Assembly (NCBI GenBank): GCA_977016875.1
Contig: CDRNST010000083.1
Coordinates: forward strand, 62,001-126,000
DNA from: Pavona decussata
Taxonomy: Eukaryota
Length of the DNA: 64,000 nt
Direction of reading: 5' to 3'
Below, piece after piece: positions 34,901 to 49,900 of this stretch. The notes beneath the pieces were generated by a model, which saw nothing but the letters and a program-made list of their open reading frames with translations, did no database searches and was not told the DNA's origin. The translations under genes and the position numbers were made by a program. Position 1 is the first letter of the stretch; every line of letters begins with the position of its first letter.

Positions 34901-37900
34901 AATATGGTGAGAAAGAAGATTTTCATTACAGGTTTTTTTTCTCTCATTAGCGCCTAAGATCAAAACAATTAAAAAATTTAATAAGCAACAAACAGCACCA
35001 AATAAGGGTTTTTCTTCAAGAAATCTCAAACGTTTGCATTTCATCGAAAGATTACAACTACAACCACATTTCCATAACATAAAGTTTTTTTTGGGAGTTC
35101 ATTCTTCGGACTTCGTATTTTATTCATTAAAGCCTAGACTTGCCTTTTGGCTCTGACGTGAGCAAGGACCAACGGATTGGAGTCGCAAGACATCCATCAA
35201 TTATACTTTAAAAAAGTCTAACTATTGCGGAATAGAAATATATACAATGATGACAAGAAATCCCCCATAAGAGATTTTTGGAGTAGCTGGAGTACAAAAT
35301 GGTTCTTAAATTATCGTGTATCAACGAAATTTTGCAGAAATGACTTCCAAAAATTACTTAAAAGGAGAAATCTAACAGTTTTTCCGCTTATTCTTGTTCC
35401 GGAATACGGTTAATCGAACGCAACCTAAGTAAAACCGTGACTCTTTCCCCAATGTATTGATGTTTCTACTAGAAAAGATATTCTCTATTTCCAGCCTCGC
35501 TTCGGAGAAACGACCTTGCGCTGGGGAAGAGGCCGACGGAAATTAAGCTTATCTCAAAGAGAGGCTGCCCAGGAAGACGAGGGTGCATTTATAATCATGT
35601 GCAGTGATTGCTTAAACCGAATTGAAAAAGAACTTTTTCATTAAAAAAAATCATTTTCTGAGAAGGGAGAAGCGAAATAAACAAGTAATTGAACAAATTT
35701 TAACAACGTTAATTGAATTTTTTCAGGTTTTTTTTACGATTTTCATTGTTGTCAGCAAACAATATTTTTTTTTACTGTAAGTCACTTGTTTTTTATTGCA
35801 AAATTTTTGGTTTACAGTAGGTAAAACTGTTGAAGTAGGCCTAAGTTTTATATTTTAGTTACAACTTCTAATTGCAAAAAATGCAAATTTTGTAGTTTCC
35901 AGAGTACGAGGAGCGTACTACCCTGGATAGAGCACCTTTGTGATCGGTTTCAATCAATGAAATAAAAGCTTTTGCACGTCTTCTATAACTCAGTGTAACT
36001 GGTACAAAAAGTGAAATTTAGGCAATTGAAGATGAACGATCACGGTAATACCGAACTTCAATCAATCCTTATATAACAAAGGGGGAAAATTTCTGAATGC
36101 CCATTTCTTTCTAATTTCTTTCCGTCGACGGCAAAGTTACCCACTACTAGTTATCGCAGCAGCTATTAAATTTACTCGCTCGTGATTGAATTGAAGGCGT
36201 CGTCTCTACATTACATTTGTTTCTTTATTTAACGCTCTCCGTCCGCTTTGGTGTTTAACTCAGTTTAACTCACGTGGTTTGGTAAAGACGCGGAGTCCTG
36301 GATCGAGTGCTCGCTTGAAAAGAGAATCCAAAAAAGGGAAACAGCAAAATGACTATTCCCGCCAAAAGCTAAAACCTTGGATCTCTATCATTAAGGATTG
36401 GACTTTTCTATACAGGTTTGGAAGCTCCACAAAACGTGAAAGTTTTCAGTCCATGTTCGTCCTGTCTGAGAGTGAGCTGGGACCCAGTGTACACCCCCAT
36501 TACAGAGAATGCTGTAACAGGTTATCACGTGATCTACCAGGATGCTTCAGGGAAGACTTATATGAAATTGATTGGGCCTAGAAAATCAACTGCACACTTG
36601 GAGAATCTTAAAACATTTTCCACTTATACAATAACAGTGTCTGCCGTGACAGATGGGGGATTCAGTAAGGAAAGCAAACCAGTGATTTTTACCACGCTGG
36701 AGGATCGTAAGTTCAATTGTTTTTATTTTGATCTTTTCCTTTCTTCTTTTTTCTCTTTCTTTCACGGTCTCTTTGAATACAATGGAGTTTGCTCCAATGG
36801 TGATAACTTATTTCGGAAGTGTAAGAGCTCAAGTCATTCAACGTTCATGCAAAACGCAGTAACGCTTCCACTCCTTAAAACACTCAAGCTTATTAACGGG
36901 TTAAAATTTTCAAATAATTTCCTGTATGAAACGAACAACGGCATCTGAGAGAATACATACTGCTTGATATTGGTATTTGATTTGTCACACTTTTGCATTT
37001 CATTCAGAGTCAAAACTTGGAGCCAGATTCGAAAAGCAAAGCTTTGGCTAACGAAGATGAAAGGTATTAACTAACACAAACGCTTTTTCCCTTCCAGTCC
37101 CCAGCCGTGCCCCTGACTCACTACAGGTTCGAAGCTCTGGCCCTCGCAGTATCTTGATAGAATGGAGCCCAGTCCCTGACGAGTACGTGCACGGTATTTT
37201 AAGGGGCTATCACGTGTATTACAAAACAGGAATGTCCAAGATGAAACGTTCAGCAAGTCATGTGGGTGTGATAAAAGCCATGTCTGTTAACAAGTCGAGT
37301 CAGAGTCTTGAGATAACAGGCTTAGAACCCTTCACTTATTATGATGTTTGGGTGTCTGCGTTCACTGCCGTGGGCAGCGGTCCACCGAGCAGACCTGTGA
37401 CTGTTATGACTGATGAGGATGGTAAGTATATCACGTGGCATTGCAGAGAATCAAATATCTTGTGTTGTGGACTTTTCATGGTGTTGATTGCAGTTTTCAA
37501 TTTTGGCTAAGGTGGTTACCAATAATGAAAGTGGTTGTTTTGAAATTTCCTCAGACCATGTCAAAAAGACAAATTTCGTTATATTAATAATTCTAACTTG
37601 GCGTTGAGGCTTAGGGGATAAGACAAAGGAAATTTATTATTTTTATCTGAACTACATTGTAATTTTCTCTGTTTTATTCCCCAAAGCCTCGGTCTAGCCC
37701 GGCTCACGTGACCGTTTACAAAAGAATACATCCACGGAGATTGATTTGGAATACAGATGATTATACGGAAAACGCAGCAATAACAGTATCATTTTCAGTA
37801 TACGAATATCTGTTCAAGTTTGATCAGGAGAATCTTTTGTCTGGTTTCATTCGTTTTAGACAGTGAATGTTTCAAAAATAGATTTTGTGAAAATTATATG

Positions 37901-40900
37901 GAGTTGCACGCCCACATAAACGCTGTATCTCTCCCACTATGCATGTGTAACCCTATACATGTACAATTTCTATCTACTAATTACTAGTTGTTGCATGCCA
38001 TCTAAAAACTTTACAACGGGTGAAGGTGGTAAATGCTTAGTTTTACCAAGAACATAACACGATATCACTAAAATAATAACAGACTATATAATATCAGAAG
38101 AAATGATCTGATACTTCGGGATTTAACAATTTGTTAACCAGGCTACCAAACGATCGTTTTGTCAATGCATCGGATAACACTAATCCATCTTTATCATGCG
38201 CGGGTGCAAAAGTAAATTTCTTTTGAACATGGCTAATAAACATGTAAGTTAAAACAGGCAAGCGTCCTTCCAGCAACCTACCTTCTGTATCGCAACTGTT
38301 TTGTTTGCCTTTGAACTAGTTCCATCCCGACCCCCTCGAATTCTTGAAGTCTCGGCTAAAACCTCAGACTCAGTGTTCGTAAAATGGGAACCCATTCCGC
38401 GGCGACACGTAAAAGGAAAACTGCAGGGCTATCACCTGCACTACAGCAAAGAGGACACGCGCTTTCCAGTGATCAAGAACGTGATAACCGTGAACTCATC
38501 CGTGACGCATGTCAGTTTGGATCGTATGAAACCGCTGACGAGGTATCGCGTTTGGATAGCGGGCTTTACGAGGAAAGGAACTGGACCAAGCAGTGAGAAG
38601 GAGCTCGTCTCCACACCCCAGGCCGGTACGTTTGAAAGCTTAGCGATCCTGTATCTGCTTTCTCTAGCCTTACCCTTTTTCCATCTGCTCGACAGGGGTG
38701 TTACTCCTTTCATTTATGCAGCTGAAATGTTAACAAAAGCAATTTTAGCGATCTGACTTCAAAAAAAGTAAAAGATTACCTTTAATCAAATAAGAAGTTT
38801 TACTTTTTTATTTGGTTAGTTAGTTTGTTTTCTTGTTTGTTCTTTCAAAAGAAGTTTTTTGTCTCTGCAATAAAATCGTAAGCGAGTGCCAGGAATACGG
38901 GCAATTTATCACCGCGCCGTTTTAATCGGTCATGCCAAATGAATGAAATCATTTGCATTGAGCCGCTGAAAATCCGTTATTTGCATTGCAGTTCCAGACA
39001 GCCCTTACGATGTGCAAGTTTTTATAGAAACCCCACAGAGCGTGCGCATCACATGGCGATCACATCCGGGACTTTCCGGCTACGTGACGCGTTACATGGT
39101 GAAGTGGCTTCACGTGGGTAACCCCGCTGACTCCAACGTCGATGGTCATAAGATTGTGAACGCGGGCTCTCCGTACAGCAGGGAGGCTCAAGTTGGTGGA
39201 CTGAAGCCTTATAACATGTATTCTTTTATGGTTCGTGAGGAGGCTGGGCAGGACAACTGGAGCAAGTTTTCTAACCCTATGGATATTATCATGCCAGAAG
39301 ATGGTATGCCGGAACACCAGGAGTACCATATTCAGTCTAAGATAATACTGTATTGAACTTAAAAATCCTATGTTGGGAAACTCAAGTTGAAAATACAGCC
39401 TTTTCCACATTTTTCCCCTAAAATAAACACATCATGTTTTCGTTTTTCCACAAAAAGTTCTGTTTTATGTGCTTGTGCACGTAATACAAAATAACTCTTC
39501 ATTCAACATCGGGTCTCCCCCTCTTGGTACATTCATAACTGTAAAGGAAGACAATATCCATTTGAACTCTGTTTTAGACTAAAATATATTACTACAACCG
39601 ATTTCAGACCAAAACAGCCCAAAAAGTTCTAAATTTGCTCTTATATCCTGTATTTTTATGAAGCCAGAATGAGTCCTTGAGTGTTAATTTTTTCTTAGAT
39701 ATCGTGTTGTGGTCTTGGTAAGTTTTAATTGTTGTCTCACTTTCACAGCAACTTTGCTACTGAATACGGCAAGTGACTGGCGATTTTGCTATGTTACGCG
39801 ATAAACCACTTGTCACTTTAAGAAGGAACACCTTTTATCCATAAATCGGGGTTTCGATTCCTAATACTAATGTTGATGTTCTCGGTCCTTCAGTCCAGTG
39901 TGCGCAAAAACCTTTTTACCAAATCAAATGTTTATCTCATTTGGTTGAGTTGTTTTAGTAGCACTGGACTGACTGTTGTGACACCATAAGAACTTCTGTA
40001 ATGGCAGCGACATGAGCACTAGCTGTGATTATTTCATTAATTCTTTATCTTCAAGAGCAACTTTTTTTAAAATTGACGGCCAAAAATAACGTATTTCAAT
40101 GGTCATTCTTAATAATTATTCAAATACTCAATCGTTGAATTAGAGCGATTTTCATTTGAGGGTCGAAGACCATTCGCGTTTGTTTTAGTTTGCTTTACTG
40201 CGCTCTGTGATTGGCTGACAAAACTTGTGCCACCTTATCAGCCAATGAGAACTAAACCTTTACCAATCCTGTCTTGTCGCATGCGTTTTCCCGCGCTTCT
40301 TACCAGATTACATGTATTTGCGTCGTATTCTGATTGGTTCCTTGCGCTGTTTGTGTCGGTGGTGATTGGTCAGACTAGTTACTTTGGTTTTGGTTTCACG
40401 ACACTCAGTAGAAAATCGTTCTTATGAATCAATGTTTACACTCAGTAGTTACTTGGTATTTTGCCTATAGCTTAGTGCAGGTGTATGGATTTTGTGCCAA
40501 AATGTGTATCTCACTCTATTAGAACCATTTCAAAGAATGATGGAGTTTCTCTAACGCGTCTGTTCTTCTGTTTATTACAGCTCCCTCTCGTCCTCGCGAA
40601 ATTTCAGTAAAATCCAAGGAAGGATCTCGGTTAGTTCTTCAGTGGAGAAAACCTAAGGAAACAAACGGCATTATTAAGAAATATGTGCTGCACTTAACTG
40701 ACAGTGATGGAGTAACTAAGACCTACACCGTGCACTCTAACGTGGAAAAAGAGTATCTGATGTACGAGATGACTCTTCCTGATGTCCAGACTGAGTACAA
40801 GATTAAAGTAAGTTTAAAGAAGTGTATTCATTAATGTGTTCTATGATCGGCTAAACAATTTAATGATTCGTATGATTGAATCACTCCATTTCTTTGGAGA

Positions 40901-43900
40901 GGATTTTTCTATCACTGTCATTAAACTAGCCTCCCTCGCGGGCGCTCTTTTGCCTCGTCGCGCAATCTTTCATTCGTAGGGAAGGAAAGATTGCGTGACG
41001 AGCCCATGGCGCGTCTGTGAGGGAGGCTATCATTAAACCGACTTGAAATTTATGAGAAACGGCAATTTAATTTTGTGCACTATGCAATAGCTGAGCAGAA
41101 AACATGACAGAGAAAATAAGACAATTATCAGAAGAGCCATCAAAACTATCCCCTCCTGAAAAAAGCTCAAAAAATTCTCCAGACTAGGCCCAACTTAACT
41201 AAAACACATTGTGGTCCATCCGACTTGTATCAGTGCTTAGTAGAATAAAACAAGCCAGAGTGTATCTCGTGGTAACATTAATCTGTATGCCGAATCATCG
41301 CGTTTGGTTGAAATGTTAGGACACGTGACTCATCTTATGTCACCATGCCATCTCCTCTCAGGTTCAAGCGTACAATTCGTTACCAGGGCGCATGAGCGAA
41401 GAGATCACAGTTCAGCACCAACCCGACATTCAGACGTCGGAAGGTAAATGTACAAATGTGTAGATCAGCTCGATCGAGTTGTTAATCAAACTTTATTGAG
41501 TTGGAAATTAAAGACAAAACAGACGTAAAGTGAGTTCATAGGTGAGAATTCAACGTTAAAAATTAAACAACAGTGGATCAGATAATTAACTCTGCTAGTG
41601 TGTGTGTTAAAGTTGTAAAAAAGTTGTTCAGAAGCCCAAGACACAATCCTTGACTACGGCGTGAATCGAACGCACGAAGTCCAGATTTGATCAACCGTTG
41701 TTCTACCGAGTAAGTTGAAAATCCGGGTCAGCAAGTCGTGGGTTAATATGATGGTAATTACGGCAATGTGAATCTGAAGGTTACAAACGAATGTTGTGTC
41801 GCTGGCATTAATGACGCGAATGATCCGAGAATTAACTCTGCAGTGTATGTTAAAGTGCTAAAGTGAACCCATGATTTTATACTGAGCTTTAGAACTTTTT
41901 TCACAAAAACGGGGATGTCAAACAAGGGCCGGAAGCTGTGCCTTCGTCATGTCCCCTAATGAGTCATGAACGTAAATGTCTTGAGACTATGTGATTAAAG
42001 AATAGTTAGAAAAGGTGATATGAATTTTAGCTGACTACATTTTATGACGTATTGCTCATTTTTCAGCTAACAATCCCGGTCCTTTCAAGTCTAACTTAAT
42101 CTGGTGGATAGCTGCATTGGTTGGTGGCATTCTACTGTTGCTGTTGGTCACAGCGTTTGTGCTCATCAGGTGTGTTTGCTCTTCGTGATCAATTCCTTTG
42201 TTACCCAATTACCATGTAGCATCTAAATAAATCTAATTAAAGCGAGCTAATGATCTATCGATGGATGGAGGCATGCGATACATTATTTACAGTCACTGTG
42301 CATGTCAAATTCACCGTGATCACTTCCCGTGTTCCCAAACAGTGTTACGCATTCGTATCGTTATTTCCTTTACAAAAACACCTGAAAATGCAAATTAATG
42401 AACTTCAACCACTTTGTAAAGGAACGAAATGGAGTCCATGGAGACAAGTTCCTCAAGGGTGGCAAGCACTAACAACCTTAGCATAGAAATAGTTTTCCTT
42501 AATGCACACTCAGTCCTTAAATCGAGGTAAACAAACATGTTAATGAGAAATGCAAGGGAAAATAGCTGAGGGGAATTCGAGGTATTTGAAAAGTATTTTA
42601 TGTTCCTGTTGCAGACGGGATTCCAGGCGCTGTAAGGAGCCCATACATAAACGTAAGTTGGTGCCTCAGGAGTTGGGAGGGGGTTTCGTATTCATACCCA
42701 TATTCACCCAGTCCCATCTCTATTTTTGAGCTTTTATTACAATACAGCGGATCGATTTCGAGCTGACAAAGAACGGCTATTTGGAGTACTTTCCTGAATA
42801 CAGACAGAACAAAAAGGCAGATAGTTCTTCACCCCTGTGCCAGATAGATTTCGTTCAGAATGTTAAAGACGTTTTGTATGGTTCCGCAATCAGCGCTTTC
42901 ATATGTGAACACATGGCCTTTTAGACATGATTTTCTTTCCGGTAATAGAAATTGTCCGGTAAACCGAAAATCATACAGACACTGGAGACAAAGTTTCCTA
43001 AGTATGGTACAGATGCGGCCAAGTTCTTGAAGAATAAACCGTTTACTTTTCAACCTCCTAAAAAAAGTCATGAATAATATAATCACATTTTACACAACTC
43101 AATTGACATTAAGGATCGAATATTCTCATCTGGGTCTTACATTATTGTATTGTAGTGTCTATCATATCTAAAAGCGCTCCACCAAGACGACCCATTCCAG
43201 TCAAAGAGCTGGCAGAGCACTGTGCTCGTTTCCATGCCAACAACAACGCCTTATTCAATGACGAATTCAAGGTGAGGATTCTTCATTCACCTATCAGATT
43301 GATAGATAAATGAAAAAAAGCATTAATACATTCGAATTCAATGCTGCTATAGGTAAACGGTTCCATAAACTTCCTTTGTTATCAAGGTTGACAAAATAAA
43401 CCCCATTGAGGCCGACTAACCACAGAGCAAGTGATCAGTCTCCGTAATGTGCAAAGAAAAATTGACCGAAATGGATTGAAGACAAGGCGAAGTCGCCCGT
43501 TCCCCTGTTCAATCTATGTTCGTCTCGCTTGTTTTCGTTTTCGACTCGCTGATCTTTCGTTTGTCGGGTTCTCACCTACTGAGCATGTTCACAGACGAGT
43601 TTTACTTTAATCCTACTATCCTAGCCAACGTCGTGGACTAAATGTAGCTTTACCATGGGAGCAATCTTTTAGAACAATTCTGGCTATTCTCGTTACAGGT
43701 TCAGGAATAACACAATACACAAGAAACACAGAATAACAGTTCTAAAAACAGGAACACAATTCTGCGTATTCCAAATGAACCGAAAACCTTCCCAAAAGAA
43801 CGCAATTCCTTCTATTCTTGGCAAAACGTATTGAAGTTAGTTTGTTTATTCTGCCAAGAAAGACAGAATGAAAGAAATACTATTCTATTTTATTCCGAAA

Positions 43901-46900
43901 ACAGAATAGTACCTAAATCAAGACAACCAACACTGTCTATTCCGTGTATTGCTATTCCAGAATTGTTCCAAACCAATGCGCCTAAAGTAAACTCACGAAA
44001 GCTGGTCACATTGTCAGACGAACTTGACGGAATTACCATAATAACAATAAATCACGCCCAGGTGTGGCCACAGCTAATGTTCTTGTTTCCCATCAGTGTC
44101 TCGATCGCCTGACGTGGAAGTCCTCGTGGGAGGCTAGTCAAGCGGCGCACAACAAAATCAAGAACCGCTACTGTAATATAGTGGCATGTAAGTAACGTTT
44201 TTCGAAGTATATATTAAAGAAAATTTATGTGTCATTTATTTTTTTGAAAATGATGTATTAATAAGTGAATGACGCAGGCATACTCGGAATAAAATCCGAG
44301 TGCTCCTATCAGGAGTCGAACCTTAGACCTTCTGATTACAAGTTCGGATGCTCTACCACTGAGCTACAGGAAACTCGTGGGAGCTAAGGCCATTAAACAA
44401 GATTCATGGGACAAACATCCTGCATACTGCTACGATTGGAATGTGCGCAATGGAAAATAAATGTGTTGGAATATGTTAAGCCTGGTGAATAAATGAGAAT
44501 GGTGTATTAATCAGTAAATGACAGAAAACAAAAATTTATTTCTTTTTTGTTTGTTTTTTTGTTTTTGTGCCAGATGATCACAGTCGTGTCATACTCAAAT
44601 CCAAGAGAGAAATTGCCGGGTCAGACTACATCAACGCTAACTATGTGGATGTAAGAGGATTCTTCATATTATTGAATGCTTTGTAGTGTGGTTAGTACAT
44701 TTTCGTCCTCCGTGTTGTCGACAGGACAAAAGATGCTTTTCAGTTAAGGAATCAGGTTATCCTTCACACTCAACTTTTATTGTCACTAGCCCAATATCTC
44801 CCTTGAGAGAGTAAAGAACAATAAAGATACACTGTTACTGTTCCATGCTCACTTTTACTCAGTAAAACAGTGGTGCAGTGACACCAAAAGTGTAAGCACT
44901 TTCAACTAGTTTATTCTATCTTCCACTCCCGTTCCACCACCGAACCTGCATTGCATTCCTCCACTCGGTGCAACACCTTCCTCTCCGGAGCTTTTCGTTC
45001 ACAGGGCTCGGACACAAAGAGAGACTTAACTGAATGTGCTGTACTTTTAAGTCTTTTTTTTTTTTTGTGCGATTGGGAAATGGAGTTTTCTTAATGTTGT
45101 GTGTGTGTGTGATCATCAACTGATAATGAACATATATACTTTTTGTCGTAGGGCTACAGCTTTCCGGCAAAGTACATTGCAACTCAAGGTACGCAAAGCA
45201 ACGGAAATTGTTATTGATGAATGATTTTTTGTAAGTTTAAACAAAAAAAAAACGAATGTCTTTAATGTCGTCTTTTTCGAAGTCGGTAATATTTTCTGTG
45301 CGAAGTAACTCTTGGGACCCCTTATTTTTGTTTTGTTGGCGAAGTGTCGTTATCCTTCTGGAGGCACTGTGTTCGTTATGGTCAGCGCGTTGGACAACAA
45401 ATCTTTTAAAGTTCAGTGGTTTGAAGCTCAGTCTATTTTCTTGTTCCCTTAGGCAAGAAACTTTGCCAAAAATGTGACGTGGATCTTTCCCTTGTACGAC
45501 ACGATTAAACAAGCGACTGTACAAAACCCTTCCCGCAAACCCACAACACACTAAAAGACTAAGCAATACAACAAATTTAATAAATTTATAATACATAAAC
45601 GATTTATAACACAAATAAACGGGAACGTAAAAGAAACTATTTCTTCTTAATCTAATTAATTATAAAAACTAAATTACTAATTTCAGTTCAGTTCCTTCCT
45701 TGTCCTTGAAGACTTCTCCAGGCACAAACAAACTGCTACAAACAAACAAACCGTACCAACAACCGTTCGCACAAACCTCTCCTTCTTCTCTTCTGGTGCC
45801 CTCCTTTTCTCTTTCTTTGCTCCCGTCTTGTTTGACTCCTTCGCACTCACTTTTATCTTCTATGCACTCGCCTTAAACTCCTGTTCACTCGCCTTGAACT
45901 CCTGTTCACTCGCCGCCGCCAACAAAAGGGGTTTCGTCAGGGAAAACACGGCTGGCTCCTGCCAATGGCTCTTGACAGTGACTTGAGCGACCTTGCAATA
46001 CTAACTTTCTGCTTCTTCTTACTTCTCAATCCTTTTTTCTTCTTCCAAGCTCTAGTTCAGATGAATTAATCGATTTGATATTCAAATCAATTTTTAGGCC
46101 CTTTGAAGGACACAGTGAACGATTTCTGGAGAATGGTGTGGGAGAAGAATGTTAAAACGATAGTCATGATTGAAATGCAGGGAGAAGATGTAAGTAGGGC
46201 TTGTCAAGAAGTTTCTCGTACCACTGGGGAGACATCATCATCTTCGATTTACATGATGTGTCTTCGAAACCAATCCGGACCGAAAAATGAATACGTTTAA
46301 TAAACGATAGTCTTGTTTTTGTAGTGCCTATTTCTACGTTTCTTTCTTTGATAAAGGTGGAATTGCATTCTGATTCCACATCTTCTCAGCATCAAAATAG
46401 AAGCGACGTGACGCAACCTCTTAAAGATGTGTGTCGCCTTGGTGTTTGTATCTCATGAATGAAACAACACTTTCAGAATAGCTGGTGAATGAACGAAATA
46501 CTCTGAATTAAAGCCACAATTGTCTTCTTTAGGAGTTTACTCGGATTTAATAAACAGAACTTTTTCGGGTATGGTGGGATTCATTCCTATTGGGAACTGA
46601 TATTCCGGGTACTCTGCTGTTGCTAAGCGGTAACAAAAATTGCCAGAACATGAATATGTTCAATTTGTAAGATTGTGTTCTTTTGTAGTTTTGAGTGGCT
46701 TATCTTCAGTTGATTGTTTATAGTTAAAAGTGGCAGATCTTTTTTCTTAAGTCTGTGATCACGACCACAGTTGTCCATTTCCCTTTCAGTAGTTGTAATA
46801 TGTTTTGCTTAATCTCACTTAAAAAGATACCAACTCGTCTTCCCTTCAGAACCGGTAATACAAGATCCCCAAGCAAAGTTAATTCATTCAGGAACAGGAA

Positions 46901-49900
46901 AGTTTCATTGATTAAGCTTTGGCACTCTCGAAATAAGACAAGCATTTGCTAGTAACGCCGGAGAGCTCATAATTATCTTGTTTTGATGCCTCTCATCAGT
47001 AGTTGTAACAATTTATAATGATACAGGCAGGACCATCCTGCGAGAGATACTGGCATGATACAGAGCCGACAGAGTACGGTAACATCACTGTGTCAAAGCT
47101 TAACAGTTGTGTTATGACGGACTGGATTGTTAGGGAGTTTATTATTTGGGTGAGTATAAAATTTACCTTTTTTGTCGGAGTCCCATAACATTGCAACGAT
47201 TATGCTGTTTTTGATCCTTTCTTTCATGGAACAAAAATGAAATGTCGTATAAATGTTTCCCAAAGCATTGCTTCGAGTTCGAAGAAAAGACCTGAGTCCC
47301 CGATAGGAATCAAACCCATGATTCGATAACTCTAACCACTGAGTTACTGAGAGACTGGTGTCGAGCTAGGCCAGGTATCAGCCTAGCAAATTACCCAACA
47401 CCGTATTAACCTGGTAAACAGCCCAGCCTGCCACAAACGAGTATACAAAAACGAAAGGTGTACGGAAGGTCTTGAGTTCCATTCCCATGATAGTAAATAT
47501 AGATTTCAAAAACTTTTTTCCACGTGAAAAACATTCATCTTTCTCATTCCATTCCCAAGCTTAAGATTTACCGTCTTTCTGTATTTGCAAGCTTCAAACA
47601 ACTTACCCTAACTGGCCATTGGGAAGTAATAATTTGACTTTTCCTATATTTGGAGGGGATGGAGGTGAACATAACTTTCGGGCCGCAGAGATGCCTAGAC
47701 TATTTTGTCACGTTAATGAGGCCTAACAAGGCCAAACAGCTGCCCATGACTGTCACTGCCCGGTTGATGTGGCTGTGTGACTGTGCTGTGTGACCCTTAC
47801 AGTTTAAATGGTTAATCGGAACTTTAAGGTATACGAAATTATAATTAATATTAATGAAAGTTTTATTTGTGTAACTGCAGTCAACAGAACCTGACTGCAT
47901 GGAAAAGCGGGATATATTTCAATACCACTTCACTTCCTGGCCGGATCACTGGGTACCACGTGACACTGCTGCATTCCTAATGTTTCATCACAAGCTGAGG
48001 ACTGCTCTGGCTGTAGATCCGGGACCTGTTATAGTTCATTGCAGGTAAGTTGTCTGCATGACAACCGCTGTCCATCGCCATAAATAAGTGAGAGAAGAGA
48101 ACCGTAAATTTTGATTGTATGACAAGCGGGAGAGCTACGTACGCACATTTCAGATCATAAGTTGTCTCCTCTCGTTATTGTCACGCCGTAAACGACCAGG
48201 GGAAGAGAGATCGTACATGAGGACAGCTTGACCTCCTCTTTTCTCAACCGTCATAATTGGCAACTTAACAATATATCGATTAAGCATGTATGCCTGTGAA
48301 AACTTGACTTAATTATGGCGCCTTCACGCCAGAGACTGAGGGTCAGTTATTAAAAGACTGTTCAGACGGTGTCTAACAAAACCACGTTCTAAGCCGTTTT
48401 TAATTTGCCAACAATCATATCTAAAAATTGTCTACTGCCGACGGTAAAAAGAAGGCTTGCATCCTAGACTAGAAAACTATTTATCTACTTAAAAATAAAC
48501 CACTTATAAACAGATTTGGAAGCCCACTGTTTGTCTTAAGCCGCGGCCTAAGTTAGACTCTGTTCAAATAACTGGCCCTAAAAGTTGCAAACTTGCGTCG
48601 GCAAACTCACATTGGGGACTGTGAGCATCCCAGTAACATTTCGCAAATTGTTGGCGACAAAAAGAACTAGTTATCTTGCATTCGTTCTCGCCAACTTTCA
48701 CCGCGTAACTTTTGAGGTTTGGGAAACTCCGGCATTTGACGTCTGAATGTTTTCAAGAATGTTCTGTTTACTTAAAACACCAGAGAGAATGTTGTAGAAA
48801 AGGTTGCTGTGAAACTCGAATTTCAGCCTATAAAACTATGACGTGAAGTTGAGAAGGTTTGTCGAGTGGAAGCACAAGTTTGCCAAGTGGTTGGATTTTG
48901 ACAATACGCCAGTTTGCGCCTGTGCACGTCTCATCCCCCTTGTGTTGAAATAAAATAAAGACTTGTAGAGTAGATGACTGCTCGGAATAACCACCTACAG
49001 AAAATCCCGATTGAATCAGTTCGGTACTGAGAATCGTTTGCAAGCAAACACTTCCATCTAACTGCTACCTACAAAAATTCCGTTTGAATCAGATCTCATT
49101 CAAACAATGTGCTAATCGTGATTTTGGAAGCTCACGCAATGAGGAAAAATCTCTTGTAAGCGACCTCTTTTTCTCATCCGTGGGCGGCCGCTTAGGAGAC
49201 GGTCAACTTGATTTCTTCCCCTGTGTACTTTTAACTCAAATCCTTATTCGTTATTTTTAGCGCTGGTGTTGGAAGAACAGGATCTTTTATCGCCATTGAC
49301 TCGTTGATGGAACAAATGGAAAATGAAAAGGTCGTCGATGTGTTTGGTTTTGTTGCTAAAATGAGGAAACAAAGAAACTTCATGGTTCAGACTCAGGTGA
49401 GTTCTGAAACAATAAAGGCTCGAAAACATTGCGGCGCGTTATACGCAATTTGCTAATTGCCTCCCACCCCCAACAACCATCACACCATGTTGCCCGTGAA
49501 GACTTTTATTCTTTGAGGGCTGTGCTACCTAGCCTGCTTAGCTGGCGGTTTTTGTTGGTGGGCTAGTCGAAAAGCCGGGTACGAGGGTCAAAACGAGTGG
49601 CGAAGCCGCGGGGAAATGGGGCGAGAGCAACGATCCTCGCGGCGAAGCCGCTCGTTGACGCGGCTTCGCCGCGACTATCGCGGCTCTCGACCCATTTCTT
49701 TTTACAGCTGCACCACTCGTTTTGGCACGGCTTTTCCGCCCACCAAAACCGTCAGCTTCGCAGGCGATGTGCTACCACGATTCTACAGAAACCAAGTAAC
49801 TTTTTCGTGGGTTGCGTTACTAAGAAATTGAAAATATTGTGTCCCTGTTTCCATAGAATTGCTAGAAACTATCGTATAGTCCAGTTTGGTTATAGTGAGG

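Noticed and set aside
42748-42825. Possible extra juxtamembrane RPTP exon after ATACAG
   Set aside because: No phase-compatible donor; exons 12 and 13 already join in frame
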